58,766 nt of DNA from Patescibacteria group bacterium (GTDB taxonomy: Bacteria; Patescibacteriota; Patescibacteriia; Patescibacteriales; UBA12465): NCBI GenBank assembly GCA_021734135.1, contig JAIPJO010000001.1, positions 1 to 58,766 of the forward strand, written 5' to 3'. The notes below the pieces were generated by a model. That model saw nothing but the letters and a program-made list of their open reading frames with translations, had not been told where the DNA came from and did not search any database. Made by a program: the position numbers and the translations under genes. Positions 58,697 to 58,766 of this stretch are shown one piece after another (position 1 is the stretch's first letter; each line of letters opens with the position of its first letter).

Positions 58697-58766
58697 ATGA
58701 AAAATTATAAAAGATTAAGTTCTTTTGAGCGAGAAGAGATTAGCAGAATGCTGGCTCAAAAGCATT
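58697..58766 (+). mobile_element. Start of an IS30-family-like transposase gene (truncated by the window edge)
   Basis: MKNYKRLSSFEREEISRMLAQKH resembles the N-terminal HTH (Y-K-x-L-x-x-E-E-R-x-x-I) of IS30 transposases. Only 23 codons are visible. Confidence 0.4.

Overview
Strongly AT-rich, gene-dense chromosomal segment. It looks like a small-genome, CPR/Patescibacteria-type bacterium; that placement is inferred from gene content, not from a search. I support about 44 protein genes. Most are housekeeping: eight aminoacyl-tRNA synthetase genes (tyrS, argS, glyQS, valS, pheS, pheT, trpS, hisS) plus topA, gyrA, ruvB, rmuC, radC, a UvrD-type helicase-nuclease, a lexA-like repressor, lepB, rpsU, rel, der, pth, ndk and hsp20. 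RNA genes are two tRNAs, Val-GAC and the uncommon Ile-UAU, and a stand-alone 16S rRNA gene. I also propose two structured small RNAs by eye; neither is confirmed. Two selfish elements sit inside essential genes. The 16S gene carries an 896-nt group I intron at E. coli position 516/517 with a LAGLIDADG endonuclease ORF. gyrA carries a 435-aa LAGLIDADG intein directly after the active-site tyrosine. Accessory content is a MazEF-like toxin-antitoxin pair, several orphan secreted or acidic proteins, and the first 23 codons of an IS30-like transposase at the window edge. The best candidate for an undescribed system is the 3' locus at 49680-58540. It holds three adjacent surface-protein genes. Two are giant and cysteine-rich, and both begin with the same duplicated VirB2/TrbC-pilin-like two-helix membrane module. 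No CRISPR array was seen. All CDS stops I checked are TAA or TAG, none TGA. Near-consensus sigma70 promoters (TTGACA-N17-TATAAT, often with a TGn extension) and intrinsic terminators can be read in many intergenic regions. All calls come from reading the sequence and the ORF track; no searches or folding programs were run.
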